Origin: Vicugna vicugna
Lineage: Eukaryota
Assembly: GCA_013265495.1 (NCBI GenBank)
Contig: MU058418.1
Span: 2,196,917-2,260,916 of the forward strand
Length of the DNA stretch: 64,000 bases
Direction: 5' to 3'
Part shown: piece after piece, positions 1-12,953 of the stretch
Position numbering within the stretch: the stretch's first letter is position 1
Layout of the letters: every line of letters starts with the position of its first letter
Notes under the pieces: model-generated
Databases searched by the model: none
Told to the model about the DNA's origin: nothing
Seen by the model: the letters and a program-made list of their open reading frames with translations, nothing else
Translations under genes and position numbers: made by a program

Positions 1-199
1 GTTTAAAACTTCATCATTCGTCAGTCAGATATCAGACAGCCTTTATACAGCATTTGTTGTGTGCTCAGCACTATGCTCAGTTTCATACGGTATACAAACA
101 AATATAGCAATGGTTTGGACTTCTAGGAATCAGCTGTCTAAAAAGTAAAAATTGGCTTGGACTGTAAACATCAGCTGGAAAATCAAATCCAGGTAAAAC

Positions 200-815
200 C
201 GGCTTTTTAATTAGGAGGAATTTCTCCCAAGGACATGCTGCAGTGTAAAGTGTCATAACCCCCTTCTTTGAATGACAACTGCTGTCTTACTCACTAAGAC
301 ATTTTGTTCTCTAAGATCACAGACTATCAGGAACTTTGCTCTTTAAAATTATGTCAGTAAGAGACAATACCCCCCTCTTGCCTGGATGATCTAAGTCATT
401 TTGATGCCAAGAAGCAGTCTCCATTGACAGCTCCAACACAGAACTTGAAATAGGGGGTTTCTGGACACAGGAGTCCACAGCTGTGCTAACTTCACTGTTT
501 TCAAAGGAACAAGACCCTGAGTCTGCTTCACAGTCCAGACTTGCTTATCTCTTTACATACTGTCTCGCTTTGGCTTGAGCCTCTTTGTGTAAATTTTACC
601 TAAACTCTTCCCCCAATCCTGTAGTAATTCCCTGTGCTGTATTTATTCATGAACAAATATAGAAATGGCCTCAGCCTTTAAGGACTCTGAGGTCCAGCTT
701 GGGGGGCATCTGAGATGCCCCACTGTTTCTCTGGTGCGTTGTCCCTTGTGGCAGGGAGTTAATAAACCTGTCTTTGCTGTAGCATGGATTTGTCCCAGGG
801 GGTCTTAGGATAACT
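200..815 (+). mobile_element. Probable solo ERV LTR (boundaries approximate)
   Basis: LTR-like layout ending in AATAAACCTGTCTTTGC at about 761-777; family not identified. Confidence 0.45.
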
Positions 816-1720
816 AGACTAAGGCGACAGAACCCAGCGCACAGGAAACAATCCCAAGACTGCAATTAAGAGCCAAGCTGGGTAGTAGAATTTCAATGGT
901 ATTGGAGATTACATAAGAGGTAGATTGGCTGGGAAGGACTTCCTAGAGAAGATGAAACTCAGGCTGGACCCTGGAGGAGGAACAAGATTTGGATGGATGT
1001 GGGAAAGGGAGGAGAGAGCCCCAGGAGGGACGACAGCAGAGGCCTGAAGGTGCCCATGGGCCCTGGAATGCTTGCAAGTGGTTGGGTGAGCCCATATCGC
1101 CTGGGGCTTGGGCAGCCAAGCAGAGGGCAGTTGTATTTCACACTCCCTTTTGACCGAGCTTCATTTCAAGTCTATTTTTCTTTTTTTTAAACACTTACAA
1201 AATTCTCTCTCTGCATCTTAAACCTACTGGACTGCATGCAGTATTGACTGACTGGTGTCTATAGATGTTAACAAAATTAATGTGGACTGAACTATGCTGT
1301 ATAGTTTCACATTCTTAGGTTCGTTTTTTTCTGATTAGCACTTTCTGTTTGGTGACTCTATTTGTTGAGACTTTGATTATATATATTCTGCCGTATTTGA
1401 AGTTTGCTTTCCTTGGGGTGATATAGCACTTCACGCACAATCCCTTTAGGTCCATTTTGTGTCTTAGTCTGCTGCTGGGAAAGGTCCAGAGTGGTGGGTG
1501 TGATGAGTTTCTTCTCAGTGGGACTGGCCCCTTCTCTGTACGTCAGTCTTGACAAATCCCTTGAGCTTTTGTGTTTAAATGGATAAGTGTGGGCGTGTGC
1601 TTGGATGTGTATGTCATCTGAGTTCATGTGTTTAAATTCTGTACATTCCATATGTGTTAAATTCTACTTTGTGTTGCTTATATTTTAAACCAAAGGGAAA
1701 AAACCTGGAAATAAAACATT

Positions 1721-1766
1721 AATACAGTAGGCTTAATTAGTTAAATACAGTAGGCTTAATTAGTTA
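1721..1766. repeat. Perfect 23-bp tandem duplication
   Basis: AATACAGTAGGCTTAATTAGTTA at 1721-1743 and 1744-1766. Confidence 0.95.
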
Positions 1767-2732
1767 CTTAATAGGTTAAGATTACTCCCTTAAATGCAGA
1801 TACTTTATTCAACTTTTTAATGAAAATTTCCTAAAGTATAGGTAATATTGAATGCCTCATTAACCAGGGTTAATTATTCCTTCCTTGATGATTAAATATA
1901 ACAAAGTGAAGATCAGTTATTGGACTGTTTAATAATAGCTGCCCTTGGTGTTCTGGAGTTGTATTGGGCAGTTTCCTTTACATTAAACGGCCTCTCGATG
2001 CTACACTGTTGTTTTTATGGCACATTAGCCATTCTTCATTGTTCTGGGCATATTTGCTTTCAGCAATATTCCTTGCTTCATTTTTAAATCTATTGATAAC
2101 TAGGCTTGTAAAACCAAAGCTTTATTTTAATCAGTTGATAACCAAGTTTATTACTAGATATTCATCTTGTACACAAATATTTTAATAAACTTTGGGTGAG
2201 GGCTGATTGCGTCTCCATGTTTCTCTTAGAGGTGGCATTTTTAGGTGTTGTGGTAGTTTTTTCTCTTGCAGTTAGAGGCCTCTCAGATTGGAGGCTGTAC
2301 TCGGATGGTGAAGTCACTAAAAGACTGGCTTACCAGCAAAGTGACACAGTGATGTACCATTTATTAATAAATAAGCATTTATTATTTTCATGGAAATGCA
2401 CTTTATGTATTCTAGTTCAACCATGCAAATCAAGCTTAGAATCTTTGAAGAATAAATAGGGAGTTAATAAAAGCCTATAATTTGTCTAGTACTGACTTAG
2501 AAATAATGAAGGATACTGCAGAGCAAAATACAAAATGCTTATCTATGAAAAATGTATACTCTGGTTGTCAAAATGAGTGTGTGAAAGGGCTAGAATGGTT
2601 ATCTTCTGTTCTATGACTGAAATATTTTCTCCCTTAACTTTTTCAGTGTGCTTAATTTGTGCATAGTTATTTTGCTGGGATATTTGGACTGTTATAATGG
2701 TTAATTTAATTTACAGTCTATAAGAATCTAGA

Positions 2733-3030
2733 CCAGCGCTTCTCAACAATCTGTAGTAAAGGGCCAGATTTTTTTTCCACCAATACGTCACAGACTGATA
2801 CATGGTCCTGCTATGGTAACTTATCTGGAGCTTGGACTGCATGTGATTCATCACACATTGCCCGAACCTAGTCTGTGCTCTGTCCACGGCAGGTTTGTTG
2901 ATCATGAACTCAGATGTTGTGGCGATCTCAAGTTGCTCTCAAGTTTCTGAACCCTTATTTTCCGTTTGTTTACATGTCTCTTATGGGCTGGTTCTGAAAA
3001 CTCGTGGACCATCACTGGTCCTTAGACATG
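2733..3030. mobile_element. hAT-Charlie-like DNA transposon remnant
   Basis: Starts CAGCGCTTCTCAAC...TGTAGTAAAGGGCCAG, a Charlie/MER-type terminus. Confidence 0.5.
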
Positions 3031-4769
3031 GACTGATCCAGTCCTGTAGCTGCCTTGCCCATTTCTGAGCTGCTCCATCGTTATCTGGCAGCCAGCAGGA
3101 GGTTTGGGAAGCCACTGGATGGGATCATGAGCATCCCTCACAAGGTTGTTTCAGCTGGTCCTGGGTGTGTGGATGGAGTTGGTGGCTGGCGCCTGCAGTC
3201 CTTGCTACTCGCAGCTCTGTGAACATCCAGCCCCTTTTGATACATAGCCTCAGGTCTCTGTCCTCTTTCTGCCTACGTCACCTGTCAGAGGATACTCTTG
3301 TAAGCTGCCAGTGCACTGAAGGGGAGTGGTAGAGGAAACGTCATTGCAGCAGACTGAGATGGACTCAGTTGTTATATAAAGTCACACCCTTAAAAATAGA
3401 TTGCAGATCCAAGATAATAAGGAAAACAATAATGAAGTGTGAGTCTCAGCCTAGTAAGGGAGCAATAGCTTTGGTGTCAGAGGGTCACTTGGGGCTCTTT
3501 TGGAAGTGTTTGATACTTCTCTGTCATAGCACTGTTCTCCCTGAAGGCTTTTAAGACAGTGATTAGCTGACGTGGTGCCCCTCAGCAGGCTTCTGCCTTC
3601 TTCCCTGTTGGTGGGCTGGTGGGGTCCTCTCCTGCCACCAGAACTCCACACCAGCCCATGTCTCAGGCTGTCCTTTTTTACCTACTTTTTTGGTGACCAT
3701 CTCAAATGATACAGCCTTCTCTGCTTGGAGAGAGAGAAATCCCCTGTCATCTAGGCTTCTGGGAAGTTCTCAGAGAAATTGGTCTGAGATCAGAAGTACA
3801 TAGAATAAAGACAAAAAACTTGTTCTGGTTTTCAGTGTGTTAAAAATAGGCTGACTCTTGACTGAGGTCTGTGCCAAACTGAAGCCTTTCAACTGTTGCC
3901 TGTATTTGATAGGAACCTTTTAAAAAGGAGTGATGTTTCCAATTGGTGCTGAAAGGGAAAAAGAAAATAATCTCATTTATAACATGCTGAAAGCACTTGT
4001 GCTGGTAGAAGAGTCTCTTTTGTGCAGTATATTTACTTTATTAAAATTATAAAAGGACATGCAGGATGAAATAAATAATCTAGAGCTAAAAACATAAAAT
4101 TAAAATTTATTTGGAATGCAGGTTAAGAGAAATTATTAGAGAGAGTTTTTTTATGTATAAAAAAGGAATAAAAGGGAAACGTTTTCATCTTGGAAATACT
4201 TATTACTTAAACCCAAAGAGATTCTCTTTTTGGGTGTTACGCTGTTTCCAAGACCTTTACTTTTGTACTTTTGTCGACTTTAGCCTTCTAAAAGGATAAC
4301 TACTCCCTAACTAGCTTTTAATGAGATTGACATCAGCTTTTTTTCCTTCCTACCTTACATCCTGAGCTTTAGTCAGGGAACTTTTGGCTAGTCTCCAAGG
4401 GGAGGTGGGGAGGAGCATAAATGAATTTTTTTTTTTGAAGTGCTTTGTGGATCTCTAAAATATAAGTATTTTTCATTGTTTTAATAGCAGTAGCCTGGTT
4501 CCTAAAATCCTTGAGGTATCTTTCTCATATATTTTGGTTCATTTATGTTAATATATTAAATTGCTAATTTCCTTTTTTTGTCAGCTGAGAATAATCAGAC
4601 ACAGACAATTGGTATTTGCCAATTCTACAGTAAAAATGTATAGCACCAAGATCCTAGCTCAGACTTTATAGAGTATAACACTCTGAGAGAGAGAGAGAGC
4701 GCGCATACCTACATTTACACACAAGAAAGTTAGTTTTGATAAATGGTTCTGTCATTTGTAAGAGTCTTG

Positions 4770-5390
4770 AGTTGGTTTTTCTTTCAGTGCCTTGAATATA
4801 TAATCCCACAGCCTTCTGGTCTCCATTGTTTGTGATAGGAAGTCAGCTGTGCATGACTGTGTCTGACTCACCCGGTGAGTGAGCTGGGGAGAGGGATCCT
4901 GTCTTCTTGACCAGTCGTGCTGGGGTAGAGCCTCCACTCTGCAAGTTGGAGCTGGGTAGAAGAAAAGAGCCCCTGATTTCAGATGTGCTTTCCTAGAATA
5001 GAGCTTCTGCAACACAGGCTGGAAGGGATGAGAAATGCTGGTGGCCTGCACCTCCTGAGCAGAAGCCGTGTCCCTGGACTGAGAGCTGGGGACGGAGAAG
5101 GGAGTACTGTCTTTTTGGTGACTCCTGCCCAGAGTAGATACTCTGTTGCATTGAATTGAGAGAGGTGTAGAAGGGAAGCAATTTATGGTTCAGATGCCAC
5201 AGACTTGATGCTCTTTCCAAGATCTAGTAGATTTTCTTGAATAAATGTTTCTCTGTTTGCTGTATGCCATTAGAATTTCTAGAAACTTTCAATGTTTTAA
5301 TGTTTTTATAATTTTCACCAGTTATGGTTATTTCACTGGGGAGAGGGTCTCCTGAGCCCCTCATGTAACCATTTCAGAAGTGTCCCCCTC
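4770..5390 (-). mobile_element. Old L1 fragment(s), ORF1 / 5' region
   Basis: Minus-strand translation TADFLSQTMETRRLWDYIFKALKEK resembles the L1 ORF1p C-terminal region. Confidence 0.7.
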
Positions 5391-5739
5391 CCTCTCCCCG
5401 CAACCACCAAGAGAGTTAGTTTTAACTCTCAAAGCAAAAGTTTGGGGAGCCAGAAAATGTTTCACCAAGACTATGTGGTGACTAGTATGTTGCTGAGAAC
5501 TCAGAGCTACTGAACATAAAGACACACATTGGTCTTTCTTTAATCACCGGTTTAGAACACATGCATCCCAATGATTTGACATAAAATGTAACTTTATAAC
5601 ACTCTAGTATTCATACAAAGCTTAACTATCAGAATTGATAATTGGTGGGAGATTGAAGGAAGGATGTGCTGTTTGCTGGATATGCTGTTTTGTTTGCTCA
5701 GCCTCACCATTTTCCTGGGAACTGGCACCCGCCCCCCCC

Positions 5740-6160
5740 AACCTAAGTCACCTAGTTACTGTGTACTTGACTTTAATGCAGGGTGATACTAGTCTTTGGT
5801 CACAGTTGATTGGTCCAGAATTGGGTACCCAATCCGAACTGGGCCAATCCTAGTCCTTCCCTGGGAAATCTGGAATTGAACTTGATAAAGTTGTTTCTTC
5901 CCAGTGAAGCTTTTGAATGTAAAGCCTAGCATAGCACTATCAGCATCTGTGTTTCTCACCACGTGACCCAGTGAGGTGCCTGGTCTGTGAGGGAAAAGCT
6001 GGTAGCACATGGTCAGAGAGGCATCTTGACTAGGTTTCTTTCTGAGGCTCAATCATACTGGTTCATTGGTGTCATGGAACACCTCAGTTTCCTTAATATG
6101 AATTCCTTTTTTAAAGAGCTGGCTCAAATTGAGTTTTACCACTAGTAATGAAGAGTCTAT
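5740..6160 (+). mobile_element. Old ERVL/MaLR-class LTR (LTR33/LTR16-like)
   Basis: GATTGGTCCAG...CTGGGCCAATC...TCCTTCCCTGGGA motif typical of these LTRs. Confidence 0.55.
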
Positions 6161-6387
6161 GAAGTTTGTTCTTCTTTTTGAGCAACATTTTTTGTTCCTG
6201 AGGACATTTATCTTTTGGCTAATTTCTTTTTAAAAATGGGGAGAAGGGTCCATGATCAAACAGATCTAGGGAGATGCTTCATCTTTGTCCTCCATCCAAA
6301 TTGACAGTGCATGTTAGCTTAGTACTATAAATTTCTGAGAATTTATGTTTTTGTTTGACATACTTTTTACCTCTATCTATATAAAAA

Positions 6388-6526
6388 GCATAACATAAAA
6401 TTACAATCTTAGCCATTTTAAAGTGTACAATGCAGTAGTGTTAACTATGTGTACCTTGTTGTGCCAAAGATCTCCAGAACTTTATCATTTTGCAGAACTG
6501 ACACTCTCTCATCCATTGAACAACGC
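6388..6526 (-). mobile_element. L1M 3' end fragment
   Basis: ATAACATAAAATT...CCATTTTAAAGTGTACA...CTCCAGAACTTT...CCATTGAACAAC. Confidence 0.7.
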
Positions 6527-6823
6527 CCCTTAATCTTATATATATTTTTGCTTCAAGTATCGGTCTTATTTGGAATGAGACTAAATGTAAAGGAGTGAAT
6601 GACATGAAATTGTTTGGAGTAATATTTTTAAATGAGATAAATGTCAGTCTAGATATTTTTGGAGAATAATTCTAAGACCACTGAAAATGTGTATGGCTAT
6701 AAATCACAGAGAAGTAGTCAAGTGGGAAATGTGTCAAAAGTCTTTTGCCTTCTAAACAGGTATCTAAAAGCATTGCTAAGTTCAGGAAACATTGTATGTA
6801 TCTCCCCTTTTTTCATTGTGTAG

Positions 6824-6980
6824 GTTTTGTCAGGTTTCTAGAAGGATATTATATCGTGTTAATAACTAAAAGGAGGAAAATGGCAGATATTGGAGGTCAC
6901 GCAATATATAAGATTGAAGATACAAACATGATCTATATACCCAACGATTCTGTGCGGGTTACTCATCCTGATGAAGCTAG
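6824..6980 (+). CDS. FIG4: FIG4 internal coding exon (exon 4), 157 nt
   Basis: tag|GT...AG|gtacgt; encodes (G)[52 protein letters not shown], the Sac domain N-terminal region. Confidence 0.97.
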
Positions 6981-7269
6981 GTACGTATTGGTGGTAACTG
7001 CTAATTTTTTTTTAATGTGGTAGACCAATTAGAAAACAAAATATAGTAAAAAAAATATTGTAAATGTTATGTTAAAAATGTGAAGTACTGGCTTGGGATG
7101 CTACAACTTTTGTTCAAGGGCTATTGAGAAACCTCCATTATAACAGTTGATTTGGGTGAGGTCAGCAGTGGCTGCTAAAGCCGTTAGGAGAGAGGTTATT
7201 ACTGAAGAACAGATACTCAGACTCAACATACCGTACTCCATCAGTATCTTCATTATTTACAAAGAGGAA

Positions 7270-7980
7270 AAAAATGATGAATGTGCTTAACCAAATGGTC
7301 AAACTTAGCATCGCTAATAATGAGACAAACCTGACGTTATTTGCCTCTTGATTTGAAGCACTATGAAGGACACGTGTTACCTGTGTCATTTTCTTGCTCA
7401 AAATGTTTAAGTTGAATCTAAACATGAGAAAATAACCAGACCAATCTGTACTGTGGGACATTCTGTAAGACAACTGGCCAGGATTCTTCAAAAATGTCAG
7501 TGTCATCACACATAGGAAGGGCCAGAGAGTTATTCTATATTTCAGCACAGACATGACAAAACACAACACTTGAATTTCTGTTGGATCCTGGATGAAAACG
7601 TGTGTGCATTCACGTGTACACGCACACACACTACAAAGAGCTACAAACGACTTTATTGGGACAGTTTGCATATGGACTGTATACTGGGTGATATTGGATC
7701 AGTATTAAATTTGAGGTGTGGTATTGTGGTTATTTCAGAGATTGTCTTTGTTCATAATAAATAAATAATAAAATATGACTGAAGTGTCATTATGTCTGCT
7801 ACTTAATGTAGATAGTTTAGAGAAATAAAATGTACTTGTGTACCTAAAGAGAGGAAATATATGTGTGTAAGTTTAAGAAGAAAGATTTAACAGTGAATAC
7901 TGGTAATGGACATACTGCTGTTCATTATACTGCTTTTTTCCCACCAATTCTTCTATAGATTTGAAACTTTAAAAAGTTTT
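7270..7980 (+). mobile_element. Old L1 (L1MC/ME-type) 3' region
   Basis: GTGGGACATTCTG...AACTGGCCAGGATTCTTCAAAAATGTCAGTGTCAT motif. Confidence 0.65.
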
Positions 7981-9454
7981 TTTGGGGGTATCATCAGAGC
8001 TTTGGAACTGTAGGGAAAGGCTATTTAGTTGATCAATAAATTGAAAGAGAAAGACTAGAATTGGTTTAATATTATAAAGGTTAAAATGGAACAAAGTTAG
8101 GCATGTTTATAAATTTTCAGGGAAGATAACAGTTTAGATTTGAAATACAGTCTGTCCATTTATAGTGTTCTTCTAGCTACATGAACCAAAACTTAAAGGT
8201 GGTATGGCTCTCTGGCTTAAGACCCTCTTAGATAGTGGTTTTCTGGACACTTGTGACATTGTCTTTGATGATGTTTGGAAGTAAGGTGGTTAAAAAAATA
8301 ATTTGTTTCAGATAATGATAAGTAGAATTTATCAGATAAAGGGAACATTTGTTTTACGCTAACTTGAAAATATTATATCTTGTGTAGCTTACAGGCAGGC
8401 ATAGTATATTGATTAAAAGTGAGTCAGATAGACCAATGCATATGAATCCAAGGGATGGAGAAAAGGTGAAGAGGTTTATGTTATTTATAAGCCCTATCTG
8501 TATGATTCTTTAGCCAAGAATAGTAAAACAAATTATTTTGTTCTATATAGTGATTTGACTATCTTTAAAGCGTAAATTATCTTATGATTAATGTTGTATG
8601 GTAAGTGGACATTATCCAGAATAAGATACAACTATATTAAAAGCTTATTATAAGTAGACTGATAACTATTACTGGGTAGGTAAACTTTTAACATATTTAT
8701 AAAACTGTGTAACCCAATAATGCATTTAAGTGAAAATATTTGGTAATTTTAGGAAATAAAATACTATGAAACATTTCATAATGTCAAGTGGAGGTTATGC
8801 ATGTAATGCATGGCTCAATTAACATTAGAAAATTTGCTGGAGCAATTCACCATATTGAAATATTGTTGGGAAAAATTATGATTATATTAATATTTATAGA
8901 AAATATATTTGACAAATCCAGTACCCATTTGTGATCAATGTCTTTAAAAAGTTGAAATGAATATGAAAAAATGTTAACATTTGTTCATCCTATGTGGTAG
9001 ATAGATGGGTATTTTATTCTGTACCTTTTTTTTTTTTCCAGCTTAAAAACCTTTCCAACTTAAAATGGTGACTCACAAACATTTTTGCTTGTTTTTGTTC
9101 CTCCCCTCTCTCCAACCTCAAAGCATTTATAAAGCACATTATGAAAATAAGAACAGTGTTTACTTCTATCTTGCCCAAAGTCTAGGCACCCCATATTGTT
9201 AGGCAAGACTTTCCCTCTGTAATAATCAGTGATAAGGAAATGGTCAAACTTGTAAAGTTAAGGGTCTCAGAAGCGATGATCAAGATACATAGAAATTGCT
9301 CCAGATGAAATTGCTCCTTCTTCAGTTATGGATTGAATTCTCTAGTTTCAATGAGTGTATTTACAAGTATTGTGTGTGTGTGTACATATTATGTTAACCT
9401 GTGAAAAATAATATTGTATGAATGCAATATGCTTTGATTTTTTGTTTTTAATCC

Positions 9455-9713
9455 CTAGTTTTATGATATATGATTGACATACATCACTGTATAAATTTAA
9501 GTTGTTGAGCATAATGGCTTGACTTACATGTATTGTGAAATGATTACTGCAATAGGTTTAATTAGCATCTAGCATCTCAGATAGATACACCAAAAAGAAA
9601 AAAACATTTTTTCCCTTGTGATGAGAACTCCTATGATCTACTCTGTTAACAACTTCCATGTATATCATACAGCAGTGGTAACTGTAGTCATCATGTTGTT
9701 AACTATAGTCATC
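9455..9713 (-). mobile_element. L1 3'-end remnant (L1MA9-like) abutting the exon-5 acceptor
   Basis: GTGATGAGAACTC..ATCTACTCTGTTAACAACTTCCATGTATATCATACAGCAGTGGTAACTGTAGTCATCATGTTGT matches antisense L1 3' UTR. Confidence 0.75.
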
Positions 9714-9723
9714 ATTTTTTTAG

Positions 9724-9774
9724 GTACCTACGAATATTTCAAAATGTGGACCTATCTAGCAATTTTTACTTTAG
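9724..9774 (+). CDS. FIG4: FIG4 exon 5, 51 nt
   Basis: tttttttag|G...AG|gtaagt; YLRIFQNVDLSSNFYFS, in frame with both neighbours. Confidence 0.96.
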
Positions 9775-9953
9775 GTAAGTTTGAGCTTAGTTTTGTTCCC
9801 ATGAGTCTCTTAAATGTTTATATTACTTTCCAGAGGGTTAAAAACAGAATCAGAGGACACAATAGTACTTTTATGATTCTTTTTTTAAATAGCCAAATCT
9901 TATCATATAAAATAATAAAAATACAGATATTTTCTCCTTTTAAAAATCTGATA

Positions 9954-10193
9954 GAGGGGAAGGGGGTGAGTAGGGACAGACTGGGAGTTTGAGATTTATA
10001 GATACTGACAAGTATATACAGAATAGATAAACAAGTTTATACTGTATAGCACAGGGAAAGATAGCCAAGACCTTGTAGTAGCTCACAGTGAAAAAGAATA
10101 TGAAAATGAATATATGTATATTCATATGCGACTGAAAAACTGCTATACCACCAGAAATTGATACAACATTGTAAACCGACTATAACTTAATAA
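9954..10193 (+). mobile_element. Young 5'-truncated L1 3' end (camelid-type) with TSD
   Basis: TSD AAAAATCTGATA at 9942-9953 and 10194-10205; TTTT/AAAA target site; AATAAA-A tail; same family as the copies at 23517, 41166 and 58556. Confidence 0.88.
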
Positions 10194-10225
10194 AAAAATC
10201 TGATATTTGAAGTTTTGAATGGATA

Positions 10226-10352
10226 CATTTTTAAATTTATTTTTTTAATTTAAACTGAGTGTAGTTGATTTTTAATGTTAGTTTCAGTTGTACAGCAAAG
10301 TGATTCAGTTATACATATACATATACATATATGTACTTTCTTTTCAGATTCT
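10226..10352 (-). mobile_element. Short L1 3'-end insertion with TSD
   Basis: TSD TTTTGAATGGATA at 10213-10225 and 10353-10365; GTTTCAGTTGTACAGCAAAGTGATTCAGTTATACATAT body. Confidence 0.85.
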
Positions 10353-10869
10353 TTTTGAATGGATAAATGATAATGATTTTCACTATAAAAATCATCTTTA
10401 TTTTAGTTAGGATTTTAAATAAATATTCTTATTTCATAATTTTGAATTATAAAAATGAAATCTTCATTCAGTCTTTATACAGAGTTGCAACAATTATACA
10501 GTTTAATTTTCAGTTAATAATCTAGCAAAATTAGGTAAAAATAAATTCAGAATAGGAAGAGCTATTGCAATACCAATGTACTACTATTCGCATTATAAAT
10601 TAATAGTTTTCCCAGAGAGGAATGTGACATTAAGTATATATGAAAATGCATCTGAAGAAAATAAATGGGAGAAAATATTAATCCCTATTTGTAAAGAGAT
10701 ATTAATAGCTTCTTTATTTATGATAGCCCAAACAAAACAAACCAACCAACATGGGGACAACCAAAATATTGATAATTGAACAACAAGCAAATAAATTATA
10801 GCAGAGCAACATAATAGAGTATTATACCATCACTGACGTGACCAGTATGTAGGCCAGGCAGATATAGAG

Positions 10870-11900
10870 CGATTTGCATTTCCCTGATGTGATGTTGAGC
10901 ATCTTTTCATGCACTTCTGGGCCATTCACATGATTTTGGAAAAGTGTCTAGTCAAGTAATTAGCCCATTTTAAAATCAGATTGTTCCCCTTTTTTTTGAG
11001 TTGTATGAGTTCCTTGCATATAATAAATATTGACCCCTGTTAGATAGATATTTTCTCACATTCCGTAAATTGCCTTTTTGTTTTGCTGTTTCTTTTTCTG
11101 TGCAGAAGCTTTTTAGTTTGATGTATTTTCTGTTTATTTTTGCTTTGGTTGCTTGCACTTTGGTGTCATAGCCAAAAAATCTTTGTTAGACTAAGTTAAG
11201 GAGTTTTTCTCCTTTTTTTTTTTTTTGAGTAGTTTTAGTTTTGAGTTTTATGTTTAAGTCTTTAATCCATTTTGAGTTAATTTTTGTGAGTGGCATACAG
11301 GGGTCCAATTTCATTATTCTGCAGGTTGTTATCCAGTTTTCCAATTTATTGAAGAGACTATTCTTTCCCCATTCGCCTTTTTGGCTTCCTTGTCAACTTT
11401 AGTTGACTGTATATGAGTGGCTTATTTCTGGGCTCTCAATTCTGTTTCATTGGTCTAGGTGTCTTTGTTTATGCCAGTAAAATATTGTTTTGAATGTTAC
11501 AGCTTTGTAATAAAATTTGATATCAGGAAATGTAATGCCTCCAGCTATGTTCTTTGTTAAGATTTCTTTGGCTGCTAGGGGTCTTTTGTGGTTCCAAATG
11601 AATTTTAGAATTGTTTTTTCCTATTTCTGTGAAAAATGTCACTAGAATTTTGATGGGGATTGCATTGAATCTGTAGATGGCTTTGGTATGGTATGGTATT
11701 TAAACATTGGTGAATACCACTTGTTTTGGACTTTTAAACAATATTAATTCCTCTGTTCCATGATCACTGGGTCTCTTTCCATTTACTTGTCTTATTCAAT
11801 TTATTCCATCAGTGTCTTATAATTTTTAGTGTACAGATCTTTTACTTCCTTGGTTAAATTATTCCTAAGTATTTTTTATGCTCTTATAAATGGGATTGAA
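10870..11900 (-). mobile_element. Degenerate L1 ORF2 3' region
   Basis: TTTGCATTTCCCTGATG...TGTGCAGAAGCTTTTTAGTTTGATG...GATTGCATTGAATCTGTAGATGGCTTTGG; minus frame YIKLKSFCTEKET. Confidence 0.9.
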
Positions 11901-12773
11901 AAACCAACTTCTTAATACAGTTTTTATCTCTGTGAGGTTAGATGCTAGTAAAAATAATGGGTCTATCAAGCAAATATGGTAAAATTGAATTTCATTGATG
12001 AAATCAATTTCAATCAAATTATATTAATAAATTAAGGAAGAAATGATAATTAAAATAATATATGTATATCACCAGACTAAATTGTACCCACCTTAAAACA
12101 TGTTTAAAATACTTTCAAATGTGTATAAACCTAACTAATTCTAAATACCTTCTGAAATTCTGTGCTAAAAATATAGCTAGAGATACTTCCAAAAATTATT
12201 AATTTTGTGAAATCAAAATTGTAAAGAATTTCTTTTGGCCTAAAGGTCAAATTTGCACAGACATAATTTTGGATGGCTGTTATTCTCCTCAAACATGTTT
12301 TACTGTAATCACTTGTGTTATTTGCTTATTCCTATTTTATTACTAAGTTAGTTATGGTACCACCATTAATAATTAATAGAATTATTTTCATTCATAGGTA
12401 AACTAGAGTACAGACCATGAATGGATGTTGCAGTGGATGTTGTAACATTTATTGTCCTCCATTCAGATACATGTTAGAGTGTGACCCCTTTGTACAGGAG
12501 CATGAAGTTAGATTAATTTCAGTGTGAAGCAAAAAAAAAAAAAAGCAAATCAATGACTGTAGGTTAGTCACATTGTATTGTGTATTTCTAGTTATGCAAA
12601 TGCCTAAATCATGCAGTAACTTAAATTTCCAATTATACTCATGGTTTACTGTGTTCTACAGTGCTTGTTTAAACAACAACTTCCAAGGGAAGTAACAGGT
12701 GCTAAGTATTTTAGTTCATAGATTTTATTTCCTTCTGGGAGCCAGGACTATGAAATATGTTTTGCTTTTCTAA

Positions 12774-12953
<180 letters not shown>

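Noticed and set aside
1..6823. FIG4 exon 3 here, or the terminal exon in 59335-64000
   Set aside because: No matching reading frame with splice sites found; they presumably lie outside the window
7162..7671. 169-aa minus-strand ORF
   Set aside because: Mostly overlaps an old L1 3' region in antisense; no recognisable protein motif
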